Assembly (NCBI GenBank): GCA_052145735.1
Contig: JBKQOA010000143.1
Span: 21,916 to 85,915, forward strand
DNA length: 64,000 nucleotides
Direction of reading: 5' to 3'
From: Limisphaerales bacterium
GTDB taxonomy: Bacteria > Verrucomicrobiota > Verrucomicrobiia > Limisphaerales > UBA11358
Shown here: one piece after another, positions 1 through 8,864 of the stretch
How the letters are laid out: each line of letters begins with the position of its first letter
Position numbering within the stretch: position 1 is the stretch's first letter
Position numbers and translations under genes: made by a program
Notes under the pieces: generated by a model
Database searches by the model: none
What the model was told of the DNA's origin: nothing
The model's input: the letters and a program-made list of their open reading frames with translations, nothing else

Positions 1-1
1 G

Positions 2-1015
2 CACGATCCGAAAGATGCTTTCGCTCCGCCGATTCGTTACAGCATTGAGATGTTGCGGCGCTTTTCACCGCAAATGCTCTCCGTGATGGAATTCCGGTCG
101 CCAGAAGATTACGCCGTCGTCGGCAGAATTCGTGGCGAACACAAATTGCTTGGCGACCTTGACTACCAGTTCCGCCGCGAACTGCATCCGGCGGATGACG
201 TTGAATTTTACCTGAAGGATCCAGCCCGCAAACTGCGTAAGGGCGAATCGGTGATTTACGAGGGCAAGATGATTCACCAGTTCGACGGCGATTTTGCCGC
301 ACGGGTTTTTCATGCCGAAGACGAGGCTGTCCGCCCCGAACTGCTCCGCAAGGAACTTTACCGGCTCGGTCAATTCATCCGCGAAAGCGAGGTGGAAAAA
401 GTCGAAGGCAAAAAAGTTCCGGCGAAGAAAGATGAGATGGAAAAACTTCTAGCCGAAATTTGGAAGACGAAGAAATTCTGGCTTGATTGCGACTTTGAAC
501 GCGTGGGCTACCGGCGAATTGGCCGAAGCACTGACGAACGCACCATCATTGCGACTTTGCTGCCTGCCGGAGTTTATTTCTCCGACACCGTCAGCTATTT
601 GATTCCGGCCAATTACCAACTGACCAAGACTGGCAAGCTGTCCCAGGAGCCGGTGTCCGCCGAAGATGCGCGATCAGTTCTTTGCCTGCTGGATTCGCTG
701 ACGCTGAATTATTACATCCGCAGCAAAATGTCAGCGACGGTGAACATGTTTTACATTTACGAACTACCCGTGCCGGAACTTACCGCCGCGCAGAAAAAGA
801 AGCTGGCCGATGCCGCCGCGCAGTTGTTGAAAAACCCGCGCGACGTGAAGGAACGCGCTGCGCTGGAAGCCTTCATCGCCCGCGAACTTTACGGCCTGTC
901 ATTGGACGACTGGAAACATCTCACCGGCACGTTCACCTTCGGCAGCGGCGAGACGAAAGCCGAGTTGGACGAAATCATTCGCCAATCACTCGCGCAATGG
1001 GCGAAAATCGGTTAA
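2..1015 (+). CDS. C-terminal part of a type IIG/IIS restriction-modification enzyme (TaqI-like target-recognition module); the 5' end lies outside the window
   Basis: The frame is open from base 2, with no stop before the listed Met at 50. Motifs YEGKMIHQFD, ERTIIATLLP and LDSLTLNYYIRSK..MFYIYELPVP resemble the C-terminal specificity region of fused methyltransferase-endonucleases. Assignment is from memory of family motifs. Confidence 0.45.
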   Translation, partial: HDPKDAFAPPIRYSIEMLRRFSPQMLSVMEFRSPEDYAVVGRIRGEHKLLGDLDYQFRRELHPADDVEFYLKDPARKLRKGESVIYEGKMIHQFDGDFAARVFHAEDEAVRPELLRKELYRLGQFIRESEVEKVEGKKVPAKKDEMEKLLAEIWKTKKFWLDCDFERVGYRRIGRSTDERTIIATLLPAGVYFSDTVSYLIPANYQLTKTGKLSQEPVSAEDARSVLCLLDSLTLNYYIRSKMSATVNMFYIYELPVPELTAAQKKKLADAAAQLLKNPRDVKERAALEAFIARELYGLSLDDWKHLTGTFTFGSGETKAELDEIIRQSLAQWAKIG

Positions 1016-1070
1016 CTGTAACTGTTATGGCGAAGCAGCAAATTTTTGAATTGATTTTTGTGAGGATCCG

Positions 1071-2414
1071 ATGAGTTCAGATCGAAGAGAGGAACCCGTG
1101 CCCGCCGGCTTCAAGGTCGCCGAGGTGGGAATGCCGCCGCGGTCGATCGACAAGTACGACGCGCCATTGTTGCTCGGGGGCCGGTCGCAACGGCGGTTCC
1201 ACGTCATGGCCAAGCCCAGCGGCTCCACCTGCAACCTCGACTGCAGCTACTGCTTCTACCTGAGCAAGGAAACCCTGCCCAACGGCCCGGGCACCGGCCG
1301 GATGTCCGACGAGGTGCTCGAGCGGTTCATCCAGCAATACATCGAGGGGGTGACCGGATCGGAGGTGGTGTTCTCCTGGCAGGGCGGCGAGCCGACGCTG
1401 ATGGGACTGGAATTCTTCCGCAAGGTCGTCGCGTTCGAAAAAAAATACGCCAAGCCGTTCCAGAAAATCGAAAACGATTTGCAGACCAACGGCACACTCA
1501 TCAACGAGGAATGGTGTGAATTCCTCAAGGCGAACCGGTTCCTGATCGGCCTGAGCATCGACGGCCCGCGCGAAATGCATGACCGCTACCGGGTCACCAA
1601 GGGCGGCAAACCCACGTTCGAGAAGGTCTTCCACACCGCCAAACTCTTCCAGCGATACGGCATCCCGTTCAACACGCTGACCTGTGTCAACCGGTTCAAT
1701 GCAAAACATCCGGCGGACGTTTACCGCTTTCTCCGCAGTGACGTCGGCTCGACCTACATGCAGTTCATTCCCATCGTCGAGTACAAGGGCTTTGAACAAA
1801 CCGCGCCGCACAGGTGGGACAACGCCGCCCTGCCCCGCGACGGCGACCCCGAGGCCCGGCCGGGCCACCCGAATTCCATCGTGACCGACTGGTCGGTGGA
1901 CCCGGACGACTGGGGCGAATTCCTGTGCCGTATTTTTGACCGGTGGCGGCAAAAGGACCTGGGCAAGATTCTGGTCAACCATTTCGAGACGCTGGTGTCG
2001 CAGCACCTGGGCCTGGGCTCGCAGATTTGCATTTACGGCGAGTTCTGCGGCAAAGGCGTGGCGGTGGAACATGACGGCGACGTTTACTCCTGCGACCACT
2101 ATGTCTATCCGGAGTATCGCCTGGGCAACATCACGGACCAGGCGCTCGACACGCAGGTATTTTCCCGCACCCAGGTGCAATTCGGTTACGCCAAAAACGA
2201 GACCCTGCCGAAATACTGCCGGCAATGCCCGTATTTGAGCGATTGCTGGGGGGAATGTCCGAAAAACCGGATCATCCGCACTCCCGACGGCGAGCCTGGC
2301 CTGAATTATCTCTGCCGGGGATTTAAAAAGTTTTTTGCGCACGCCATTCCCGAAGTGGAGCGGATTGTCGCGGATTTGCGCAAGCAACCGATCCAGCCCC
2401 GGAAACGAATGTGA
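1071..2414 (+). CDS. Anaerobic sulfatase-maturating enzyme (radical SAM, SPASM domain)
   Basis: FHVMAKPSGSTCNLDCSYCFY carries the CxxxCxxC radical-SAM cluster motif. Cys-rich C-terminal clusters (CIYGEFCGKG, CDHYVY, CRQCPYLSDCWGECPKNR) are typical of anSME/AtsB-like maturases. It lies next to sulfatase genes. The start may instead be an internal Met (1131 or 1206). Confidence 0.9.
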   Translation: MSSDRREEPVPAGFKVAEVGMPPRSIDKYDAPLLLGGRSQRRFHVMAKPSGSTCNLDCSYCFYLSKETLPNGPGTGRMSDEVLERFIQQYIEGVTGSEVVFSWQGGEPTLMGLEFFRKVVAFEKKYAKPFQKIENDLQTNGTLINEEWCEFLKANRFLIGLSIDGPREMHDRYRVTKGGKPTFEKVFHTAKLFQRYGIPFNTLTCVNRFNAKHPADVYRFLRSDVGSTYMQFIPIVEYKGFEQTAPHRWDNAALPRDGDPEARPGHPNSIVTDWSVDPDDWGEFLCRIFDRWRQKDLGKILVNHFETLVSQHLGLGSQICIYGEFCGKGVAVEHDGDVYSCDHYVYPEYRLGNITDQALDTQVFSRTQVQFGYAKNETLPKYCRQCPYLSDCWGECPKNRIIRTPDGEPGLNYLCRGFKKFFAHAIPEVERIVADLRKQPIQPRKRM

Positions 2415-2501
2415 ACGGGGGCCGGCGGAATCGTTTCGCCAGCGGGCAGTGGTGTGAATCCGCCACCGTTGAGAGCGTGGACACGCTCAGTTTCAGTTTT
2501 C

Positions 2502-2578
2502 GGTGGGGCGAGCATCCCCGCGAGCCGGCTTTGGCGCGTCAGAGCCAGACGGCGGCTCGTCAGTAGCCTCGCCCCACC
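2502..2578. repeat. REP-like long hairpin downstream of the maturase gene
   Basis: GGTGGGGCGAG (2502-2512) pairs with CTCGCCCCACC (2568-2578), with a nested GCGAGCCG/CGGCTCG stem. A separate short hairpin GAGCGTG-ga-CACGCTC lies at 2473..2488. Confidence 0.6.
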
Positions 2579-2713
2579 AGAATTGCAACCACAGCATTGC
2601 TGACATTGTCAGCGGGCAAGTTTGATTGCCGCCGCAGGCCGGTTCGTGCTAGGGTGGGTCGCGCAGGGATGTTTCAGCGGCAACCGATTCAAAATGCTAA
2701 AGCCAAAACGACC

Positions 2714-3439
2714 ATGAGAAAACAAACCTTCTTGATATTATGCCTTGCGGTGTGCGCCATCGGTCTCTTTGCCGGCTGTGCCAGCACCACCGTGACCTCG
2801 GAAAGCGAATATCAGGGATTTCTCCCCAAGCCCAAACAGGTGCTCGTCTATAATTTTGCCGTGTCGCCGGATGAGGTGGAATTGAACAGCGGCCTCGGCG
2901 CGGATATTGAGAAACTGGTTGAAAATGCGCCGCCGCGGACGGACCAGGAACGCGCCATCGGGCGGCAGGTGGCCGATGCGCTGGCCAATCATCTGGTGAC
3001 CGAAATCCAGGCCCTCGGCCTGCCGGCCTGCCGGGCATCCGGCGCACCGGCCGGCGGGAACACGCTCGAAGTCAAGGGCCAGTTCATTTCCATCGACGAA
3101 GGCAACCAGACCGAACGCGTCGTCATCGGATTGGGACTCGGACGGACGGACGTCAAAACCCTGACCCAGGTTTATGACTACCGGAACGGCAGCAACGTTC
3201 TGGTCAACCAGTTCGGGATCAATGCCAAAAGCGGCGACAAACCCGGCGCAGCCGAAACCATGGGGGCCGGCGCGCTTGCCGGTCATCTGGTGGTCTCCGC
3301 CGTGGTGAGCTCGGGCGTGGCGGTGGGCAGCGAAGCGTTCTCGGCCAACGTGGATGCCGATGCCGGCCGCACGGCCAGGAAAATCGCCGCGCAACTCAAG
3401 GACCTCTTCCTCACCGAGGGCTGGATACCGTTGCAATGA
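2714..3439 (+). CDS. Lipoprotein, DUF4410-like (paralog 1 of 3)
   Basis: Signal peptide plus lipobox (LFAGCAST). It is clearly paralogous to 15270..16010 and 17048..17803 (shared LPKP..VYDFA, GFGxG, PGAA motifs). The Met at 2714 was chosen over the upstream alternative start of the ORF track. Confidence 0.6.
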   Translation: MRKQTFLILCLAVCAIGLFAGCASTTVTSESEYQGFLPKPKQVLVYNFAVSPDEVELNSGLGADIEKLVENAPPRTDQERAIGRQVADALANHLVTEIQALGLPACRASGAPAGGNTLEVKGQFISIDEGNQTERVVIGLGLGRTDVKTLTQVYDYRNGSNVLVNQFGINAKSGDKPGAAETMGAGALAGHLVVSAVVSSGVAVGSEAFSANVDADAGRTARKIAAQLKDLFLTEGWIPLQ

Positions 3440-3466
3440 AACAATCCATTCAACCCCCAGAAAATC

Positions 3467-4099
3467 ATGAACCCTGAAAACACCAAAAAGCTGAAAAGAG
3501 CCGCGCTGGCGCTGTTGCCGGCGGTCCTGCTGGCAGTCGCCTCCTGCTCGTCAACCCCGAGTTCCTCAACAACGAGCCTGCCGTTCAACCCGGCCACCTA
3601 TGCCAATCAGGGCGATTTTGCCGGCCAGGTGGTGACGGATTCCATCACCCGGACGGACACGGTCGTTTCCATTGATGCCGCCCAGCGCAAGATTGAGCTC
3701 AAACACGCCGACGGCAAGATCACCAGTTACAAATGCGGCCCGGAAGTCCGCAACTTCGACCAGATCAAGACGGGCGACCAGGTCCGGGCCACGGTGGTGG
3801 ATGAAATGGCCCTGTTCCTGAAACCGGCCAGCTCCACGCAGACCCTAACGGCCACCGGCACGGTCGTCGGGGCGCGGTTGGGGGCCAAGCCGGGTATCGT
3901 CACCCTCGACACGCTGGACTTCACCGCCAAGGTCCTGGCCATCAATGCCTGGCAACATCAGGTCATCCTCCAGACCGCGGATGGCACGACCAAGCCGATA
4001 CAGGTCGGCGAATACGTCAACCTGGCGGACTTCAACGTGGGCGACGAGGTGGTGGTGCGCCTCACCCAGGCGCTGGCGGTCCTGGTCGAGAAACCTTGA
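3467..4099 (+). CDS. Lipoprotein with two internal ~60-aa beta-rich repeats (tandem paralog 1 of 3)
   Basis: Lipobox LAVASCSS. There is an internal duplication (VVSIDAAQRKIELKHADGKITSYKCGPEVRNFDQIKTGDQV / VLAINAWQHQVILQTADGTTKPIQVGEYVNLADFNVGDEV). It is a paralog of the next two genes. Confidence 0.7.
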   Translation: MNPENTKKLKRAALALLPAVLLAVASCSSTPSSSTTSLPFNPATYANQGDFAGQVVTDSITRTDTVVSIDAAQRKIELKHADGKITSYKCGPEVRNFDQIKTGDQVRATVVDEMALFLKPASSTQTLTATGTVVGARLGAKPGIVTLDTLDFTAKVLAINAWQHQVILQTADGTTKPIQVGEYVNLADFNVGDEVVVRLTQALAVLVEKP

Positions 4100-4154
4100 A
4101 ACCGCGATGACGCGGACGCAAACTGCAGCCGTTAACCCAAAAGAAAATCATCCT

Positions 4155-4706
4155 ATGAAAAAGAGAAACGTCAAAACCGTGGCGCTCGCCTTCATGCCCG
4201 TCGCCGTGATCATGCTGGCCGGCTGTTGGACGCCGCCCAATGCCAACGTCCAGCCCGCCGGCGAACCCCGCCTCATCCAGAGCGGCATCATCGTGGAATC
4301 CGTCAAGGATCCCGCGACTGTGCAGGCCGTTGATGCCGGCGCGCGCACCATGACCCTCAAGCTTTCCGACAACACAACCGCCACCTACAAGGTCGGCGCA
4401 TCCGTGGACAACCTCGGCCAGGTCCAGGTTGGCAACGCCGTCGAGGCCACGGTGGCGGAGGACCTCGCCGTTTACCTGCTGGCCAAAGGCCGGTTGCTGA
4501 ATGGAACCACTGCTGAATCCCTGGGCGTCAACGCCAGGGTCTTGCTGGTGGACCCCAGCTACCGTCTCCTGACTCTGCAATACCCCAACGGCCATGCGGA
4601 AACTTTCAAGCCCGGACTGGGCGTCCTGATGGAGCAGATGGCGCCCGGAGATTCGGTGGTGGTAACACCCAGGGAAGTGACGAAGATTCGCATCGAGAAA
4701 CCGTAG
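4155..4706 (+). CDS. Lipoprotein with two internal beta-rich repeats (tandem paralog 2 of 3)
   Basis: MKKRNVKTVALAFMPVAVIMLAGC lipoprotein signal. It has the same two-repeat layout (VQAVDAGARTMTLKLSDNTTATYKVG..). Start 4155 was preferred over the long Arg-rich upstream extension. Confidence 0.65.
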   Translation: MKKRNVKTVALAFMPVAVIMLAGCWTPPNANVQPAGEPRLIQSGIIVESVKDPATVQAVDAGARTMTLKLSDNTTATYKVGASVDNLGQVQVGNAVEATVAEDLAVYLLAKGRLLNGTTAESLGVNARVLLVDPSYRLLTLQYPNGHAETFKPGLGVLMEQMAPGDSVVVTPREVTKIRIEKP

Positions 4707-4746
4707 ATGGCAAACCGGTTTTAAAACCCGTACAACCCACAAAAAT

Positions 4747-5355
4747 ATGAAAAAGCAAATTCTGAAATTGTCAGCGATGTTTTTGATTCCGGCAGTCTTC
4801 CTCGCATTCACCTCCTGCTCGTCCACACCCCAATCGCAAACGGCTTCCGATTTGGCCATGCGCGGCGGAGTCGTCGTTGATGTTGTGACGGCGACCGCGA
4901 CCGTGCAGTCCGTCAATGCCGGCGACCGCACCGTGGTGCTTCAGCGCCAGGACGGCAGTCTGATGACCTATGAGTGCGGGCCGGAGGTGCTCAACTTCGA
5001 CCAGATCAAGGTGGGCGACCAGGTCACGGGTCAGGTAGCCGATGCCGTCGCCCTCGTGCTGGTGAAGGGCGGCGTGCCGCCCAGCGCCGGGACCGCCTCC
5101 GTCATCGTCCGGGCGCCGCTGGGCGCGAAACCGGGCGGCAAAATGGTCCATACCGTCGGATTCACCGCCAAGGTCACGAGTGTGGACGTCCTGAATCGTG
5201 AAGTGACTCTGCAAACCGTTGACGGCAAAACGCAGACGGTCAAAGTCGGCCCGGACATCAATCTGTCCAATGTGAAATCCGGTGACGACGTGGGAGTGCA
5301 GCTCACCCGGGCAATCATGATTGCGGTGACCTCGCCGGCGAAGACCACTCCATAA
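4747..5355 (+). CDS. Lipoprotein with two internal beta-rich repeats (tandem paralog 3 of 3)
   Basis: Lipobox AFTSCSS. It is very similar to 3467..4099 (YECGPEVLNFDQIKVGDQV, FTAKVTSVDVLNREVTLQTVDGKTQTVKVG). Confidence 0.7.
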   Translation: MKKQILKLSAMFLIPAVFLAFTSCSSTPQSQTASDLAMRGGVVVDVVTATATVQSVNAGDRTVVLQRQDGSLMTYECGPEVLNFDQIKVGDQVTGQVADAVALVLVKGGVPPSAGTASVIVRAPLGAKPGGKMVHTVGFTAKVTSVDVLNREVTLQTVDGKTQTVKVGPDINLSNVKSGDDVGVQLTRAIMIAVTSPAKTTP

Positions 5356-5417
5356 CCAGGATTCAAAGCCATTTCACGTCAAACAAAACTTTGGTGAATA
5401 AACCGAAAGGAAACACC

Positions 5418-7946
5418 ATGACACGAAGCAACCTGATGAGATACGGCCTGACCGGTCTGACCGCTTCGGTGGCCTTGATGAGCACTGTTGCCCCCTCCAG
5501 CCGGGCAGAAATCCAAACCACCGGTACGCCGGGTTCGCCCGGCGCCACCACCACCATCGATGGCAAACAACTGCCGCCGCCCGACCCGAAGTTCGGCGGC
5601 GTGATCAAGGACGACGCCCTGCAATCGAAGGCCTGGTGGGCGCCGCGCATCGTGCCGCCCAAACAGGCGCCGAACATCCTGCTCATCATGACTGACGACT
5701 CGGGCTTTGGCGTGCCGAGCACCTTCGGCGGCGTCATCCCGACGCCGACGATGGACCGGCTGGCGAAGTCCGGCCTGCGCTACAACAACATCCACTCCAC
5801 CGCGCTCTGTTCGCCCACACGCGCCGCGCTCATCACCGGGCGCAATCATCATTCGGTCGGGTTTGGCGTGATTTCCGAACAATCCACGGGCTTCCCGGGC
5901 TACAACAGCATCATCAGCAAGGACAAGGCGACCATCGGCCGCATCCTGCTGGAAAACGGCTACGCCACGTCGTGGTTCGGCAAGGACCACAACACGCCGG
6001 CGTTTGAAGCCAGCTCGATCGGACCGTTTGACCAGTGGCCGACGGGCATGGGCTTTGAATATTTCTACGGGTTCGTCGGCGGCGACGCCAACCAGTGGGA
6101 ACCAAACCTGTTTCGCAACAACACCCAGATCTATCCGTTCCAGGGCAAGCCCGGCTGGAATCTCGTCACCGGCATGGCGGATGACTGCATTGATTATCTG
6201 AACCGGCTCAACCAGACGGATCCCCGCAAGCCATTCTTCTGCTATTATGTTCCCGGCGCCACGCACGCGCCGCATCATCCCACCAAGGAATGGGTGGACA
6301 AGATCCACGACCTGCATCTGTTTGACGATGGCTGGAACAAGCTTCGCGAAAGAATCTATGAAAATCAGAAGCGTCTGGGCGTGATTCCGGCGGACACCCA
6401 GATCGAGCCTTGGCCGACAAATGTACTGAAGAACTGGGATGACTGCACCGCCGATGAGAAGAAGCTCTTTATCAAACAGGTCGAGGTCTTTGCCGCCTTC
6501 GAGGCTTACAACGATTATGAAATCGGCCGCGTGATTCAGGCCGTCGAGGACATGGGCAAGCTGGACAACACGCTCATCATCTACATCAACGGCGACAACG
6601 GCACCAGCGCCGAGGGCGGTCCGATGGGCACGCCGAATGAAGTCGCATTTTTCAACGGCGTCAACATGATGCCGGTTGATGTCCAGATGAAGTGGTATGA
6701 TGTCTGGGGCACGGACAAGACCTACAATCACATGTCGGCGGGCTGGTCGTGGGCCTTTGACACGCCGTTCACCTGGTTCAAGCAGAATGCCTCGCGGTTG
6801 GGCGGCATCCGCCAGTGCATGTGCGTCTCGTGGCCCGGCCACATCAAGGACCCCGGCGCTCTTCGCCAGCAGTTCTTGCACGTGATTGACGTGGTGCCAA
6901 CTCTGCTTGAGGTTTCCGGCATTCCGGCTCCGGACACGGTGGACGGCATCAAGCAGGCGCCCATCGAGGGCACAAGTTTTGCCTACACGTTTGACGCGGC
7001 GAACGCCAACGCGCCTTCACGTCATACGACCCAGTATTTCGAGATGTTCGGCCAGTGGGCGCTCTACCACAACGGCTGGATGTTGAGCACCAAGGTGAAC
7101 CGCGCGCCATGGGAGGCCTTCGGTCCCGCCAACCCCGACCCGCTCAATAACCAGATATTCCAGCTCTACAACCTGGACAAGGACTTCAGCCAGTCCCAAG
7201 ACCTCGCCGGCCAGTATCCGGACAAGGTGAAGGAGCTGAAGAAAATGTTCATCAAGGAAGGAAAGAAGTATCAGGTTTTTCCAATGGACGCCTCGGTGGC
7301 GGCGCGCATCGTGGCGCCGCGCCCGAACATTACCGCCGGACGCACCGAATTCGTTTACACCCGGCCCATGGTCGGCCTGCCGCAGGGTGATTCGCCGATG
7401 ATTCTCGATGCCTCCTACACCTTCACGGCGGACATCGAAGTTCCCGAGGGCGGTGCCGAGGGCATGATTGTGACTTCCGGCGGCCGCTTTGGCGGTTACG
7501 GCTTCTATCTGCTCAAGGGCAAGCCGGTGTTCCTCTGGAACCTCGCTGATTTGAAGCGCATCAAGTGGGAAGGGCCGGATGCCCTCACGCCTGGCAAGCA
7601 TACGCTGGTATTTGACTTCAAATATGACGGCCTCGGCGTGGGCACGCTGGCCTTTAACAACTTCAGTGGCTTGGGCCGCGGCGGCGTCGGCACGCTCAAG
7701 GTGGATGGCAAGGAAGTCCAAACCATCACCATGGAACACACGATGCCGATGATCCTGCAATGGGACGAGAGCTTCGACATCGGCTCCGACACGCTGACCG
7801 GCGTGAACGACGAGGATTACCTGCCGCCGTTCCCGCTCACGGCCAAGCTCGACAAGCTGACCATCAAGGTGGACCGCCCGCAACTGTCGCCTGCGGACAT
7901 CCAGAAACTCGAAGAGGCGACGCGGAACAACAAACTCGCCGAATAA
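5418..7946 (+). CDS. Arylsulfatase, long form with C-terminal beta-sandwich domain (Cys-type)
   Basis: NILLIMTDDSGFG and the CSPTRAALITGRNHH formylglycine signature (C-x-P-x-R). Signal peptide MTRSNLMRYGLT. Paralog of 12089..14770 and 56819..59167. Confidence 0.9.
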   Translation: MTRSNLMRYGLTGLTASVALMSTVAPSSRAEIQTTGTPGSPGATTTIDGKQLPPPDPKFGGVIKDDALQSKAWWAPRIVPPKQAPNILLIMTDDSGFGVPSTFGGVIPTPTMDRLAKSGLRYNNIHSTALCSPTRAALITGRNHHSVGFGVISEQSTGFPGYNSIISKDKATIGRILLENGYATSWFGKDHNTPAFEASSIGPFDQWPTGMGFEYFYGFVGGDANQWEPNLFRNNTQIYPFQGKPGWNLVTGMADDCIDYLNRLNQTDPRKPFFCYYVPGATHAPHHPTKEWVDKIHDLHLFDDGWNKLRERIYENQKRLGVIPADTQIEPWPTNVLKNWDDCTADEKKLFIKQVEVFAAFEAYNDYEIGRVIQAVEDMGKLDNTLIIYINGDNGTSAEGGPMGTPNEVAFFNGVNMMPVDVQMKWYDVWGTDKTYNHMSAGWSWAFDTPFTWFKQNASRLGGIRQCMCVSWPGHIKDPGALRQQFLHVIDVVPTLLEVSGIPAPDTVDGIKQAPIEGTSFAYTFDAANANAPSRHTTQYFEMFGQWALYHNGWMLSTKVNRAPWEAFGPANPDPLNNQIFQLYNLDKDFSQSQDLAGQYPDKVKELKKMFIKEGKKYQVFPMDASVAARIVAPRPNITAGRTEFVYTRPMVGLPQGDSPMILDASYTFTADIEVPEGGAEGMIVTSGGRFGGYGFYLLKGKPVFLWNLADLKRIKWEGPDALTPGKHTLVFDFKYDGLGVGTLAFNNFSGLGRGGVGTLKVDGKEVQTITMEHTMPMILQWDESFDIGSDTLTGVNDEDYLPPFPLTAKLDKLTIKVDRPQLSPADIQKLEEATRNNKLAE

Positions 7947-8093
7947 GCCGTTTCACTCGTGAACCACGTGGGCTGGCCTGGCGCGCCGAAGTTGGACGAA
8001 GGCGGCTCCGGATCGGCCAGCGACTTCACCGGCGAAAAAGAAGATGATTATTGAACAAGAGCAAACAGAGTGTTTCATTATCCGCCGGTCCAG

Positions 8094-8687
8094 ATGAAAC
8101 CAAAGAAGCCCATCGAATCGCTCATCCTGACATTGCGCGGCCAGAAGGTGATTCTCGATGCCGACCTCGCGGAGCTTTACGGCGTGCCGACGTTTCGTTT
8201 CAACGAGGCTTTCAAGCGCAATCGGGAGCGGTTTCCCGATGATTTTGCCTTCCAACTCACGGCGGAAGAGTTTGCCGCCTTGCGCGCCCCGAACTCATCG
8301 CAACTTGCGATGAGTTCATCGCAACCCGTTGAAAATGAGGCCAGCGCGCCGAACTGGTCACAATTTGCGACCAGTTCCCGGAAGCATCGCGGAATGGTTT
8401 ACCGGCCCTGGGTCTTCACCGAGCACGGGGCGTTGATGGCTGCCAACATTCTCCGCAGCGAACAGGCGGTGGCCATGAGCGTTTTTGTGGTGCGGGCGTT
8501 CATGCAGATGCGCGAGCAACTGGCGGCCAACGCGGCGATTCTTAAACGGCTGGCGGAAATTGACCGGACGCTGCTGGAACACGATTCGGCCTTGCGCGCC
8601 ATCTGGACGAAGCTGCAACCGCTGCTCGCGCCGCCGCCCGAACCGCCGCGCAAACGCATCCAAGGTTTCAACCCGCACGACGAATGA
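8094..8687 (+). CDS. ORF6N (KilA-N-related) DNA-binding domain protein
   Basis: IESLILTLRGQKVILDADLAELYGVPTFRFNEAFKRNRERFPDDFAFQLT and NWSQFATSS..YRPWVFTEHGALMAANIL match the ORF6N family pattern. It carries an internal 20-aa duplication (see findings). Confidence 0.8.
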   Translation: MKPKKPIESLILTLRGQKVILDADLAELYGVPTFRFNEAFKRNRERFPDDFAFQLTAEEFAALRAPNSSQLAMSSSQPVENEASAPNWSQFATSSRKHRGMVYRPWVFTEHGALMAANILRSEQAVAMSVFVVRAFMQMREQLAANAAILKRLAEIDRTLLEHDSALRAIWTKLQPLLAPPPEPPRKRIQGFNPHDE

Positions 8688-8737
8688 TCACATAACCGAG
8701 ACATCAGAGGCTGGAAAAGATTTCTCTGTTCTCTCTG

Positions 8738-8864
8738 CGTGCTCCCGTTTGATTGCAGGTCAACGATTCAAATATCCCGATCGTGACTTGCGTCGTTGAT
8801 TTGCCATTGTCGACAAAACTTCCGGGGACTACGATGCCAGAGCCAATCAGCCGAAAGGAAAATT
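8738..8864 (+). promoter_or_regulatory. Conserved 5' leader, copy A (repeat of 11962..12088)
   Basis: In a hand alignment to 11962..12088 most positions are identical. It ends in an AAAGGAAAATT Shine-Dalgarno-like box just before the start codon. ORF-track entries starting MICHC at 8796 and 12019 are artefacts of this repeat. Confidence 0.6.
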
